Below are positions 20,953 to 35,004 of a stretch of DNA of 64,000 nt, piece after piece; the first letter of the stretch is position 1, and every line of letters starts with the position of its first letter. Origin of the DNA: Squalus acanthias (taxonomy: Eukaryota); contig CM059431.1 in the NCBI GenBank assembly GCA_030390025.1, positions 105,340,001-105,404,000 on the forward strand. Reading direction: 5' to 3'. The notes below the pieces were generated by a model. The model did no database searches and was not told the origin of the DNA. It saw nothing but the letters and a program-made list of their open reading frames with translations. The translations under genes and the position numbers were made by a program.

Positions 20953-21922
20953 TGGTCTCGATAATACTCCCCCCACGATGGGCGGAAGGGGATTGGGGGG
21001 GGGGAGGAGGGGGGTTAAAGCCTTAAATATGGGGAACGTGTCCCCAACATGGCTCCAGCCCTTTCTTATGGCGGTGAATATCGGGACATCTGAGTGTCCC
21101 GCTGTGGAATGCTTCATTAACATATTTAAATCAGACTCCCGCAGTGCAACTGGGAACCCGATTTAAAATTGACTGTTGCTGTGCGAGTTTCCCGGGGTTC
21201 AGGAATCCCAGCAGTGAAAGGGAGATGGGAGGTGCCGGCTCCACAAGGCAAGTGCCTTTTCCAGCACTCCTTGTGAGCCAGGAGGATCAGGAGTGTTCCC
21301 CCCTCCCCACCGCCCCGGCAACCTCAGCCCCTCAAGGAAGCCTTCGGCCTCCCCCCCCCCGCCGATTGTGGCCTCTCGCTCCCGCAATGGCCTCTCACTC
21401 TCCCCCCTGCTGCGATCGCCTACCCTCCACCCCCCCAATCCCAGTTGCCGAGTACCATCCCCAAGGGTCCCCGGCTGCAGCCTCTTGCCGCAGGATTTCC
21501 TTCCCACTCACCGGTCAGGCTGTCAATGCGGCTGGCTGACCGGGCGGGAAAGGGAACAAAGAAACCACAATGAGGTCCTGCTGCTATGTTCGGCAGGACC
21601 TCCTCGTCCCTTTGCCCGGTTCTTCGGCTGTTATCGGCTTCCCCCGCACCCTCCCCGCAAATAGGCACCGATTTTAACTCCTGGTGGATTCCCCGCTCAG
21701 GCCTGAACTTAAACCACAGTCGGGACTCAATGATGTCATCAGGCCACAACATGCCGATGTAAAGAAGGACCCTGTCGGCTATGGGTGCCTGTCCTTGCTG
21801 CCTGCTCGGGAGAGCAGGTTAAAATTTCAGACGTTGCGATCATGGTGGCTTTCAGACAGGGGCGATTTTAACTGCTCACCCGCCAGCTTTCTGCCGAGCG
21901 AGTAGGGTTAAAATCGTCCTCT
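20953..21922. mobile_element. GC-rich non-autonomous DNA-transposon-like element
   Basis: Recurrent GATTTTAAC/GTTAAAAT motifs, GC-rich body, no coding signal; boundaries approximate. Confidence 0.35.
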
Positions 21923-23159
21923 ATATGCCCACTGGCATGGTGCGGCATGGCAGTTAATATCTACGGGTACGGTGCACAATACAAGGTTGGGTGCTCGGGT
22001 TCCGTAGTTTTGTAAGCCTCGCAATGAGAACCCCAGCAAGGAGGAAGGGCCCATTAGGCGAGGAAGGGATGGGAGGAAATTGGGCAGAAGGAAAAAAAAA
22101 TTGAAGAACTGAAGCTAAAACTCTTCCAACCGGGGTAAAGAACATACTAGGACCAAGCCATGAAGCGTGTCCACGGACAGAATACCACCTGGTTGTACTA
22201 CAAAACGGATGGAGCTTCCACAATCGCTTCAGCCGAGTGATGTCTAACTTGAATAGGGCGATTGGATTTGATTGCCCATGTGGAAAAAAACATGTTTCAC
22301 AATTGAAAATGCTCGGTTCCTAATTCTTTTAGGATAACAAAAGGGAGGTGCAGTCGACCGATATAATTTAGTCTTGTTAATATACGGACAAATACTGTTG
22401 TTAATATCGGATCAGTGAAATTCTCTTTGAGAGATGTCAGGAATTATTGGCTTACTGACGTGAAACTCATCTTTAAATGATCAGTGTGTGATGGCGTTGA
22501 TGCCCTCAATAGCAGTTGGCAGTACCACAGGTACCAGCAGCGACATCAAGTCTTACACTAATACTTCCCTCACAAACAACTTATATGGTAACATTACACG
22601 AGACACACAACAGTAAAGCCTCATTATCCTTCACTGTGATTTAATTCCTGATGCAGTTTAAATACTTTAAAGAATGGATGCTCTTCAGAAAATTACAATT
22701 TGATTAGATTATTAGATGCAGTTGCTTTAAAGAGGCACCAATGATACAAACATAATTACAGCATACAACACATTCTGAAAATTAATTTGCACCTAGAAAA
22801 GCAATATCAACGTGCATATATTAAAGAAATTGGATGACAGGATATACAAGAGTATATAAAGCATAGTAAAAAAAATCTGCCAGAACACACTAGAAACTGT
22901 AGTTTGGTTACCCAGGACTTGAGCACATAATTTAGGCTGGCACTTCAGTACAGGAGGAGTGCTGCATTGTTGGAGGAGCCACCTTTTGGATGAGATGTTA
23001 AGCCTAAGCCCCATCAGTCTGTTGCGGTCGGCATAACAGATCCCATAGCACAATATCCAGGCTAACATTGCTCCCTCAACCAAAGACAATTTAACCTGTT
23101 GTGCATGTTAGTTGGTGTTTCTGGGACCTTGCTGTGCGCAAATTGGCTGCCCCATTTTT

Positions 23160-23518
23160 TTAAATTAATTCCTGGGATGTGGGCGTCGCTGGCAAAGCCA
23201 GCATTTATTGCACATCCCTAATTGCCCTTGAGAAGGTGGTGGTGAGCCGTCTTCTTGAACCGCTGCAGTCCGTGTGGTGAAGGTGCTCCCACAGTGATGT
23301 TAGGGAGGGAGTTCCAGGATTTTGACCCGGCGGCGATGAAGGATCGGCGATATATTTCCAAGTCAGGATGGTGTGTGACTTGGAGGGGAACTTGGAGGTG
23401 GTGGTGTTCCCACACGCCTGCTGCCCTTGTCCTTCTAGGTGGAAGAGGTCACGGGTTTGGGAGGTGCTGTTGAAGAAGCCTTGGCGAGTTGCTGCAGTGC
23501 ATCTTGTGGATGGTACAT
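23160..23518 (-). mobile_element. LINE 3' end, second CR1/L2-group family
   Basis: Homologous to 30088-30600 and 53077-53425; tail GGGCAATAAATGCTGGC-like. Confidence 0.8.
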
Positions 23519-23519
23519 C

Positions 23520-24700
23520 CATAAAAGAAAAGGTTGCCTTGGTGGACACGGACACTGAAGGTAGATTTTTATGACTAAAAATTGAGGAATTTAATTGTGA
23601 TCTCTTTAATATCTATGCACCGAACAACCATTGCAAGCGGCGCGAGTTTTTTCGGTGGTTATTCACTGAAGTGCCAGAGGCAGAAAACCCATGTATAGTG
23701 AGGGATTTTAATGTATTTTTATCTCGGATGGACATTTCAGTCCAGATGACCTTTAAGGATGATAACTCCAGAGGGATGCTTGTAAAAGTGATGGCAAATT
23801 TAAATTTGAGAGACTCATGGAGGGATCGGAACCCCATAAAAAGGGAGTTCTCCAGAACAGGTTGGGTGGGTGATGTTTTAAAACAGAGCCGAATAGATTT
23901 TGTGTTAATGCAGGAAGGGTTAAGTTCTGAGGTGATGGAGATTTATTACAAAAAGTATTTTTTAGTGACCACTCAGCTTTGGTTCTTAGAATTAGGAACA
24001 GCAGAGTAAAGATTGGTCCAGGGGTGTGGATTTTAAACAATCAATACCTGCAAGAAATTGCTTATAAAGAATGGATTTTAAATATAATAAAGAATGCTCG
24101 GAAGGAATCTTTATTCTTGAAAGAAAGAAGAGTTTGGTGGGACAATTTCAAATATGAGGTAAAAAAAATTTCGGTACATTATGGGAAAGAGAGAGCAGCA
24201 GCTAACCGGTGTCGAGAAGGGAATATAATCAGAAGGTTTAGGGATATCTGTAAAGCAGTTGACGGAGGGGATAAGGGAGCAGAGACCCAGTGGGTGGTTT
24301 TAAAGGAAGAGTGGGAATCATTTCAAGCTGAAAAATGCAAGGGGGCCATTCTCCCGGCAAAGGCTAAAGATGCATTGGAGGGTGAAAGATGCACTAGATA
24401 CTTTCTAGAGCAAGAGAAGCTGCGACAGAGATTATCATTAATTGGAGAGTTGCAGGTTGGGGAGAAGATCATTCATGAAAGTGGGGAGATTTTGGAGGCG
24501 TCTAGTAGCTTTTATCAAGAGTTAGAAACAAAATAAGACATTTCCAATTTGGCGATGGAGAAGGTTAGTGCGTTTATTGAAGAGGTTTTAAAGGCAGATG
24601 AGAGAAGCATGTGTGGCAAAGAAGTAGGATTAGCGGAAATAAAAGTAGCAATAAGTGCAATGAAGGGGGGGGAAAGCCCAGGGTCCGATGGGGATGGCAG
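23520..24700 (+). pseudogene. L1/Tx1-clade ORF2 fragment (endonuclease through start of RT), disrupted
   Basis: NIYAPN, DFNV, DSWR, SRIDFVL, DHS, GPGVWILNN, WWDNFK, EGERCTRYF, ESPGSDG across three ORF pieces. Confidence 0.85.
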
Positions 24701-24750
24701 AAGGAGAGGTAATGGGGACAAGATTCTGCCATCCCTATTTGCAACATTTA

Positions 24751-25643
24751 GGGGTAAAAATTCAGTTGGTTGCGCCTCCCGTTAGCGCCTTAAGAGGGCG
24801 CTAATGGGGCGCAAAGCCGCTAACGCCTGGGCGCAGCGATGTTTGCGCCGCTCGGGAACTTAACTTGACATTGTGCGGCGGCGCTAAAACTTACCGCTGC
24901 GACCACCTGCGCACGCAGATTGTGACGTCATTCCATGGTGCAACGCCCTTGTGGCGCCCCGGAGCGGAAATTGAGTGGCGCCCCCTGCCTTACCGCCTGG
25001 CGCATCCAACGACCAGAAGACTGGAACGCTATCAATCGCTGTGGGGCTGGGGGGGGCGCTATTTAAAGGGGGCCTCTTCCTGTCTTTTATTGTTGGTGGC
25101 ATTTTTGAACTACGCATTCTGAGAGCGAGAGGGAGAGACTTCTGGAGAGATTCAACGTTGTGTGAAGGAGTTTTGGGTACTGAGCAGCACTTTGCAGGTT
25201 CATTTTGATTTGCCATTCCTTGTATCGATTTAGCAGAGACTGTGGGAGCTGCAGTCTGAGCTCTTTGCCTGGTACTCTCCATTGTTCTTTCTAGCACATT
25301 TGATGTGCAAGTCTCTCCAGGCCGAGATTCAAGGCTGCAATGAACAGGATGTGGATGGAAAGCAAGATTAACCATCCCCTTTAAGAACTGGCCCGTGCCA
25401 TTGTGTGTGTGTTCCATTGCTGACTGACATTACATGAGCTTCGCCAGCGCTCTGAGGTAGCGCCTCACTCCTTGGCCTTTGCGCCTTAAGACAGGTGTGC
25501 AGCGCCTGCTTTAGCGCTCCACTCACCTCCCGGAGCGGTAAAAGTGAAGTTTCCAGTCATTGCCGATAATTAGCGCCAGGCGCTAATATTTGCGTCCAGA
25601 CGATATTTGCGCCCCAAATGGGGCGCGACCTAATTTCTACCCC
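24751..25643. mobile_element. Harbinger/PIF MITE
   Basis: TIRs GGGGTAAAAATT / AATTTCTACCCC with TTA on both sides (24748-50, 25644-46); TIRs resemble 46609-50831. Confidence 0.85.
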
Positions 25644-25758
25644 TTAGTCTTTCCTGCCTCCTACCCTAGCACAGACTGTTCCTTCAGATCCTCCCCTCCC
25701 CCCACCCTCTCCCTGCCTCTGCACCTGCTTAAAATCTGTTACCTCTCTAGCCTTTTCC

Positions 25759-25795
25759 AGTTCTGATGAAGGGTCCCAGACCTGAAACGTTAACT
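25759..25795 (+). ncRNA. Minimal type I hammerhead-like motif in a Penelope-like repeat
   Basis: AGTT-CTGATGA-A-GGGTC-CCA-GACCT-GAAACGTT-AACT. Confidence 0.55.
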
Positions 25796-25859
25796 CTGTT
25801 TCTCTCTCCATGGATGCTGCCTGGCCTGCTGAGGGCTTCCAGCATTTTCTGTTGTTATT

Positions 25860-26090
25860 TGAGTTATCCCCGGTGTCCTGGACAATAATTATTCCTCAAT
25901 CAACCTAACCAAAAAAAACCCCAGCTTATCTGGTCATTATCACATTGCTGTTTGTGGGAGCTTGCTGTGCGCTAATTGGCTGCCACATTACAACAGTGAC
26001 TACACTCCAAAAGCACTTAATTGGCTATAAAGCGCTTTGAGATGTCCGGTGGTCATGAAAGACGTTATAGAAATATACGTCTTTCCTTTT
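25860..26090 (+). mobile_element. Deu-SINE 3' half
   Basis: GAGTTATCCCCGGTGTCCTGG core through tail. Confidence 0.8.
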
Positions 26091-27834
26091 TCCTGCGAGT
26101 TAGGTTAAAATTTCCCTCCATGTGTTTTTTTCCCTTTCTCATTTTCTCACCTTTTCCCTCTTGTAGGCTGCGATTTTGCCGGCGCTCAGAGAGGCAGGTC
26201 AGAGGTTAAAGTGCTATTGATTCATGGCGGGTCCCGAACCTGCCGTCAACCCGCCTCCAAACAGTCTTCCCAAGTGTTGGGTCCCCGATTTGTGAATGGA
26301 CCCAACACTTCGTGGCGGGAAATGGATTAAAGGCAATTACCTGCCTATTAACAGGTACTTGTCAGTAGTTTTCAGCCTGTTTGTCGATTTTCCCGCTTCT
26401 GGGTCGGGTTTTATGATGTCCGGACACCAATGTGGTGTGTTGTGAGTCTGGTCTGATGTTTGTGAAAAGACGACAGCTGCAGAAGTGGTGTGAAGGATGC
26501 AATGTTGCACATGGTGAGTTTCAGAGCAAAGAAAATGTTGGTTACTGCATTTTTAAAACATATACAGATTTCTTTAGCTTACAAGTTTTTAAATCCAACT
26601 GTATGTCCAGTGTCACCTCATTGGGAGAACCTCTCTCACCAGTGACAGATCGCTTCTGTCATCTCAGCTGCAGCTGCCATCTATTCCAGTCTGTGGAAGG
26701 AGTCATTGGAGAGTCTGAATGCAAGAGTTCACCTTTGTGCAGCGATTGTCAGTGTTTTCAGCACCTCAATGCTGTCAAACACTGAGAAATCAACTGTCAA
26801 AATAAAATTGTGCGTGGTCCCTTTACCCCCAGGGCGGGCTTAACAAGGTCAATCAAGCGAAAATCAAGTCTGTGGAGCGGAGGCAGCTGGGGGCGGGACC
26901 TGAACCCGGAAACCAGCTGTTCCGCACCCATCCCGCCACCGATCACAAAATCGCGGCCTACGTAGTCAGTGGCTCGTGCTGTGCCACAGCTCCACTGGTG
27001 TTGGCAGCCCAAGTGGTCATTCTCGACGTGCGAGGCTAGACGTGATCCAGCTCCGCTGGCTCCTGCCTCCTGCTGTGCCATTTATCTGGATCTTTGTGCT
27101 ATGCCTGACCTGACTATCCATCCCAGGCATCACTGCATTTCTGTCTCCTGCTGCAAGCCAAGCATGGACAACCATTCAAGCCTTTGCATGCTGTGACCGC
27201 ATCAAATAATTCTTGACCATTTCCAGAGTTACGACAAGGAAGGTAAAGAGGTAGACAATGTTGTCAGGTCGTTCTCTGCCAAACCTCTAATGCAGCAACG
27301 AACGAATACTTTTATAACAAAAAAAAGGGTGCCCTTATTTCCCTATATTTAATCTCCCACATTCAGTAATTCACGTGGTAGACTGGACGGAAAAATGTCA
27401 TCATAGCTACTGGTTTGCAAGCACAGCACTATATATTTTTTTTAAACTGTCCTAATGTGTTCAGACAGTAACAGGGAAAGCTATGCCATTTTTTTTCTCC
27501 CAAGGACAGTTTTAAATCACATTCTTGAGTAGGTCAACAAAGTTATACAACACCAAAGAGTTAAAAGAAAATGGGTCCCCAGATGATTTAATTTAATCTG
27601 TCAATATTAAAGGTTCACTTTAATGTTAAATGTTGCTGCCATCATCATTCACACATCATCTCGAGCCATCTTTTGTTTCTTAAATTGTCCCATTACCTCT
27701 CCTTTTGCCTTGCACTATCATCCCTTTTGTCATTCAATCTCTCCGGCCTTCCATCCCATCACAGACCTTCCCTTTGTTCTTTCCTCCCCTCCTTCCTGCC
27801 CCTGCTTAAAAATCTCTCTTCCCTAACCTTTTCC

Positions 27835-27869
27835 AGTTCTGACGAAGGGTTCGACTCGAAACGTTGGCT
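27835..27869 (+). ncRNA. Minimal hammerhead-like motif (Penelope-like repeat, followed by an inserted CR1 tail)
   Basis: AGTT-CTGACGA-A-GGGT-TCG-ACTC-GAAACGTT-GGCT. Confidence 0.5.
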
Positions 27870-29139
27870 CTGTTTTATAGAAACATAGAAGATAGGAGCA
27901 GGAGTAGGCCATTCGGCCCCTCGAGCCTGCTCCGCCATTTAATGAGATCATGGCTGATCATCCAAATTCAGTACCCTGTCCCTGCTTTCTCCCCATATCC
28001 CTTGATCCTCGATTCTCTCTCCTCGATGCTGCCTGACCTGCTGAGTGTTTCCAGCACTTTCTGTCGTTATTTCAGATTTCCAGCATCTGCAGTATTTTGC
28101 TATTGTATTAAAGGTTCACTTGCTGTCCAAGTTAAGAACATAAGAAATAGGAGCAGGAGCAGGCCATTTGGCCCGTCGAGCCTGCTCTCGTGAGGTAACC
28201 TTCGGGAGATAACTGGAAGACCTCAATGAGAAAACATGGCATCATCATCAGATCAATACATGCAAAATCCCACCCCGCGCACCAAGCTACCCATGAGAGT
28301 GGCTCGTGAGGCCTACTAGTACAGTGAGGAAAAAGCTGTAACACAGGAAAAGTCTGATCTTGAATTAGGAGTGGTGGATGACTAAATCACAGTGGTTCCT
28401 CAACTGTAAGGTCACCTAAAGGACAAACAGTCCCATTCACAACGGGCAGTTCGATCACACGCAAACTTTTCATCCGTACCCACCAGGACGAGCACTTCTC
28501 CAAAACGCCAAAGAAATTGGTGGTTACCATGGAAACTATTTTGCTTGCTACTGGTAGCAATTATATCAATTAGTTTGACAAGGAGATGTAGAAAATCAGA
28601 CTCTATTTTAATTATAGTGAAGGGCATTTTATAGCAATGCATAGTTTTATCACATCAAATATGTATGCTGTTATGAAAATGTGCACATAATGATAAGAAC
28701 ACCATTTTATAGAATGATTATCTAATTGTAGCTAGTGCATCTCTAGCAATAGCTTTGCCACCCAGCCCCACACGGTCACCTTTGAAGTCGCCTAAGGACC
28801 CATTGTTGGCCCCCTCCTCTACAAGATGCCCTTTCGTGACATCATCCACAGCTACGGGATCTGCTGATGCATTAAAGGCACATTGTAAGACAAACACAAC
28901 CACCATCGCCAACCAACACCTCCACAACCAGGTTGAGGGGCCAGCACACGAGTCCACGTAGAGCGGGAAGAAGTTACAACTTTCATTGGCTGAAGGTGGT
29001 TTGGAGAGAGAGAAAACACTCCAGACCTGAGTCCAATGCAGAAGGACTGCTAGGTACGCAGATCAATGGATCTACCTTCAAACTGAGGATAGTGGAACAC
29101 CTAAACTAAGTTCACAATCTTCTGCCGCCATGTAAAATG

Positions 29140-29575
29140 AAACAACCTTCATTTATGGAGCGCCTTTCATGATCTCAGGGCGTTTCAAAGTACTTTACAA
29201 TGAATGAAGTTCATTTGAAGTGCAGTGACTGTTATAATGGAGGGAATCCTGACAGCCAATTTGTGCATATAAACAGCAACAAGATACAAGATCAGATAAT
29301 CTGTTTCAGTGATTTTGGTTGAGGGATAGGCCAGGAGACCCGGGATAACTCCCCTGCTCTTCCTTAAGTAGTGTCAAGGGATATTTTATGTCCACCTAAG
29401 AGGGCAGACATTGGTTTAACGTCTCATCTAAAAGACGGTACCTCCAACAGTGCAGCACTCCCTCAGTACTGCACTGGAGTGTCAGCCTGGATTTTGTGCT
29501 CAAATCTCTGGAGTGGGACTTGAACCCATGACCTTCTGACCCAGCAGCGAGAGTGCTTCCGAGTGAGTCACAGAG
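29140..29575 (-). mobile_element. Deu-domain SINE (diverged)
   Basis: Reverse-complement similarity to other copies. Confidence 0.75.
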
Positions 29576-30028
29576 TGTGGGAAATTGTGCCCATATTCCA
29601 CTACTCTGCATTACAATGTACTGCAGTTCCGACATATTGTACCACCATATTGTTCCAAATTGCTTGCTAGTAATTTTCAACACTCAGTGTAAAATGGCAC
29701 AGAAAAGTAATTGCATGATACTAGTGTCAGACAAAATGCTTCTGCATGTGTTGAAAGCTGGATCCTGATGAAAGTACAGGAATATGATGGGTATCAGCTG
29801 GGAGGATAGAATAAAAACAAGGCTGATGAAATGAGCAAGATAAACTACATGCAGTAACAGAACGTGTTGCAATGATAAAATTACAATGGGGAGGGCATGC
29901 ATGCTAACTAGCTGATAACTGGTACGTTCAGAAAGTTTATTGGCAGACACACATTAGTAGTGAAAATACTCGGAAGAAGTGCTAAAGTTTCTATCAATCA
30001 AAGCAATAAGAGTGAAAATAAAGCACCT

Positions 30029-30985
30029 CTCAGCTGTGGCTTAGTGGGTAGCACGCTCACCTCTGAGTCAGAAGGCTGTGGGTTCAAGGAGTGTGATGGA
30101 ATACTCGGCACTTGCCTGGATGAGTGCAGCTCCAACAACTCTCAAGAAGCTTGACACCATCCAGGACAAAGCAGCCCGCTTGATTGGCACCCCATCCACC
30201 ACCTTAAACATTCACTCCCTCCACCACCGGCGTACCGTGGCTGCAGTGTGTACCATCTACTGCAGCAACTCGCCAAGGCTCCTTCGGCAGCACCTCCCAA
30301 ACCCGCGACCTCTACCAGCTAGAAGGACAAGGACAGAAGGTGCATGGGAACATCACCACCTCCAAGTTCCCCTCCAAGTTACACACCATCCTGACTTGGA
30401 AGTATATCGCCAATCCTTCATCGCCACTGGGTCAAAATCCTGGACCTCCCTCCCTAACAGCACTGTGGGAGCACCCTTACCACACGGACTGCAGTGGTTC
30501 AAGAAGGCAGCTACCATCACCTGCTCAAGGACAACTAGGGATGGGCAATAAATGCTGGCCTTGCCAGCGACGCCCACATTCCTGAATGAATAAGAAAAAA
30601 ACACCCCAGAGACTTGAGCACAAAAATCTAGGCTGACACTCCCAGTGCACTGAGGGAGTGCTACACTGTCGGAGGTGCCAGCTTTCAGATGAGATGTTAA
30701 ATCGAGGCCTCGTCTGCTCTCTCAGGTGGATGTAAAAGATCCCTTGTCACTATTTCGAAGAAGAGCAGGGGAGTTATCCCCGGTGTCCTATTTATCCCTG
30801 AATTAATATCACTAAAATCAGATTATCACATTGCTGTTTGTGGGAGCTTGCTGTGCGCAAATTGGCTGCCACATTTCCTACATTACGACAGTGACTACAC
30901 TTCAAAAGTATTTCTTTGGCTGTAAAACGCTTTGGGACATCCTGAGTATGTGAAAGGCGCTATATAAATGCAAGTCTTTCTTTTT
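30029..30985 (+). mobile_element. Deu-SINE interrupted by a LINE 3' fragment (30088-30600)
   Basis: SINE head stops at GGTTCAAG and resumes ~30603; insert encodes LDTIQDKAARLI...HSLHHRRTVAA and ends in an A-rich tail. Confidence 0.85.
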
Positions 30986-32329
30986 TACCTGGTTCTTTAA
31001 CTCACCCTGTCTTTTTAATATTCTCTCCAGTGAACCGAGCCAGAAAGTCAATTTGAAGGAATTATTTGTCTACATTTATATTAAAAAAAAGTGCAGTCTA
31101 AGTCACAAAACAAAGGCGAGAAATACGACACAAACCATCTCGCATTCTTTTAGTGTTCTATTGTAGTTATGCCCAATTGACGGAAAGTCAGGCTATAATT
31201 TTACATGAATCATGGAGGTATTTTAAATTATCTGTTGCACTTGCAATGAGCTCTGCACAGCCAGAGGCATATTTGCACAGCAGACTGAATCACTCCTGCT
31301 GTAAGACTCGAACTTAAAAGTATGGATTCTCCTTCGGAGTGGGAGGTGGATTAATGAATGCTAATGTTTTAATAAAGTAGGCAACAAACTCTCTAAAGTT
31401 GTTCTGCAGCTCCCTAATCGAAAAAAGCCTTTCAACGGATATCCAGAAGGAAATAAATCACAGAATTAAAGATCAGATTTTACTCTTTTGATTGCACTAC
31501 AGGATACATTTGAAATGTATTACTTAAAAAAAAGCATTAAAAATTCATAATTGCATTTAACTTGACATTTATGCTTCTTTTCGTTAAATTACACCATCCT
31601 GAAAAGGGTAATTGAAAATTAAAAATCAGTTACGTTTTGAATAAATTATAAATATCGTTTGCCCTTTCCCTGAAAATCAAGTTGAAACTGACCAGTCTTA
31701 TTCACAGAAAATAATGAAATCGATTGGTCTTTTGAAGAGTTAATGTGACCTGGTCGTGTAACTCACTCGCAGTCCAGCCGCAGGTTAAGATTGCATGCCT
31801 GCTTTGCTCCCTTATCTCTTAACCCGAGCTTTGAGGCACTCTTGGTCTTCAACAGGACACCAGCTAAAAGGGGTGCTCGACAAACATTTGATTCCAATCA
31901 ATGTGAAAATGACAAAAATGCCTTGTAAGTTACAAAAGGATTATTAAAAAAAAAGAGGACCGTTACGTTAATGTTCTGGTGGAAAGTGTCATGTGAAACT
32001 TGCCTTGGCTTCTCTTTAAGAAAACTTAGCGGTGGTTAAAAGTCCAGCGAGAGATCAGCAACTCAAGCTGAAGTACAAATGGGTGCAGTCAATCAATGCT
32101 GTTGCTGGGGTGAATATGCAGCTTCCTCCAGCACCAGGTGACACAAGTTAAAACCCATCTTTGTTAAGAAACAAGAGGGAAACCAGAACTCCAAGGGCTA
32201 TAACAGAGTTCTACTATAGGCTAGAGTCCAAAAGTGATATCCAGCGTGAGATTAAAGGTGGGTCAATGATTTCCTAAATGAATAAAGACTGATTTTTTTT
32301 GTTCCTTTTCAATTACCTTTTATAACCAG

Positions 32330-32952
32330 ACATAGAGTACAAAAGCAAGGAAGTTGTGATGAACCTTTATAAAACCCTGGTTCGGCCTCAACTGGAGTAT
32401 TGTGTCCAATTCCGGGCACCGTACTTTAGGAAGGATGTGAAGGCCTTAGAGAGGGTGCAGAAAAGATTTACAAGAATGGTTCCAGTGATGAGGGACTTCA
32501 GTTACATGGATAGACTGGAGAAGCTGGGTTTGTTCTCCTTGGAGCAGAGAAGGTTGAGAGGAAATTTGATAGAGGTGTTCAAAATCATGAGGGGTCTAGA
32601 CAGAGTCGATAGAGAGAAACTGTTCCCATTGGCGGAAGGGTCAAGAACCAGAGGACACAGATTTAAGGTGATTGACAGAAGAACCAAAGGCGACATGAGG
32701 AAAAACTTTTTTTATGCAGCGAGTGGTTAAGATCTGGAATGCACAGCCTGAAAGGGTGGTGGAGGCAGATTCAATCATGGCTTTCAAAGGGGAATTGGAT
32801 AAGTACCTGAAGGAAAAAAAATTGCAGGGCTACACGGAAAGGGCGGGGGAGTGGGACTAGCTGAAGTGCTCTTGCAGAGAGCCGGCACGGGCTCGACGGG
32901 CCAAATGGCCTCCTTCTGTGCTGTAACCATTCTATGATTCTATGATTCTATG
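32330..32952 (+). mobile_element. CR1 LINE 3' fragment
   Basis: LYKTLVRPQLEYCVQF...; terminal ATTCTATG repeats. Confidence 0.9.
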
Positions 32953-32984
32953 TGAGGTGACCTAAGATATTCAAAAGCAAAGAG

Positions 32985-33418
32985 GAGAGGTTGGAAAAGT
33001 TAGGTTTGTTCACCTTGGAACAGAGAAGGTTAAGAAGTGACCTCAGAGGTTTTCAAGATGATGTGAGGTTTTGATAGAGTAGGTAAAGAACAATTATTCC
33101 CTCTGGCTAGTGGGTCACTAACCAGAGGTCATAGATTTAAAATCATTGGCAAAGGATCCAGAGGGGAGATGAAGAGAAATTTTTCACTCAGTGAGTTGTG
33201 GGGATCTGGAACACTCGACCTGAAAAGGTGGTGGAAGCTGATTCCATCAATAATTTCAAAAGGGAGTCGGATGGGTTCTGGAGGATGAGGAACTGACAGG
33301 GTTACAGACAAAAAGCGGGGGATGTGGGACTCAGCACGACTGGTCTTTCAAAGAGCCAGCACAGGCACGACGGGCCAAATGGCCTCCTTCTGCGCTGTAA
33401 GTTTCTACGATTCTACGA
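32985..33418 (+). mobile_element. CR1 LINE 3' fragment (older)
   Basis: Degenerate RRLR.DL and TRGHRFK; TTCTACGA tail. Confidence 0.75.
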
Positions 33419-35004
33419 ACTCTTCCGGATGTAAGGAAAGCGGTGGGCTCTTCGTCCACTTTCTGCTGGAATAAAGTTAGGCTCAGCATTCTACACAAGG
33501 TGTCACATTAACCTATGTGACATTAGAGAAGTCGAGAAAAGGCTGTGACTGAGATTGTAGAACGTAGGAATACAAGAATGCCAAATGGCCATTCAGCTGA
33601 TCTAGCTTGGGCTGCTGTTTAGGTCCATATTCATGACGTATGAAACAACTTTTTCCCCCCTCTCCTGCCCTCGCACTGAGTCTATTCTGCTGAATTAGGA
33701 AACTGCCACTCGTGAGTTTTGTTTTCGAATGCTTCAATCTGATCTATATTCAACGTGCAGGGCAGCAGTATATTTTAAAAATTAGCAACTCTATGAAGTT
33801 ACTATTTCTTGCAGTTACAATTAACTGGCAGTCTCTTTATTTTATAATTATGTGGCCTAGTTTCCATCTCCTACAACTTTTCCAAATCTTCTTCCGCAAT
33901 CTCAAGAGAACAGAGAGAGAACTTCCCCAAAATCTTCATATAAACCCAAATTAGATTCCTGGTTGGTTCCTTTGAGCCTGTTTGCCAATTAACTCCTGAT
34001 AAAAAAAAATCAGGCCCCCCCCCCCCAGGCTTCTTGAAAAGATTGGCATGTAAGTATAATGCATTAGTAATGTTCTCTTAAAAGTAAGGCTTCCTATCAA
34101 TCCTCTACATGACCTTAAAAGCGTGACCTTAAAAGCATGACCTCTAGGATCTGGTTTTGAATCTAACCTGGACAGATGTGTTGACATATTTGTCTTTTTA
34201 ATGCTGGAAGGGTCCCAAACGAAATAGCTTTAGAGGACTCTCAAAATTGCCCCAATTGAGAATCCATCATATAAAATTGCCCGCAGTTCCCCACTAATTG
34301 GGACTAAGTTGCAATCTAAAACAGAGAGGCCACAAGGATGCCCGCTGCGAGAAACTGAAATGTCCCACTGGTGAAGTAGATAGACCACTTCAAAAGATTG
34401 GTAGAAAAGCAAATATTGATCTACTGTAGACAGATCTTCAAAGTACATCGAACTCATATTATCCCTGGGCCTGCTTAAGACTGACACTAGATCAAAAATA
34501 GCAAAAAAAAACTCCGTTCTCCAGTATCAGCCATTTTCACATTGATGGGCACAATATATTAAAAAAATAAAAGGTTGCCAAGAAATACGATTTCGGGGTG
34601 AGGTGCAACTTTGGCAGGGGCGCAAAATGGGCAATGGCTGATTACGCCAATGGAAAGTAAAATCAGGCGGGCTGATCCACTGCCGCCAGTTTTGCCGATA
34701 TTGAATTTTAGCCCACCGATAACTTTCTATGGTACTGTATGATGAAACTTGCAAGTTAAAATGCAATATTTAAAGGGTAAATCTCCTTTCTCCAAATTGA
34801 CTTACTTCCCTCGTCCCGTATGGGGGAATAACAATGAAAAACAGTTGCCTTGGCTGTCACATGCTCAGCTGTCATAACTCCTTTCATTGGAAATGGGATT
34901 TGTTGAAAGGGTTGATACAGTTTTAGGAAAGCTTTAGAGCCAATTCATCGTGAAGGCAGATGGCTAAAATTCTACTGCTGGTTTAAGATCAAGTGAAGGT
35001 GTCA

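Noticed and set aside
28740..28870. Coding-looking segment
   Set aside because: Appears to be a heavily decayed L2 RT remnant, too degenerate to annotate
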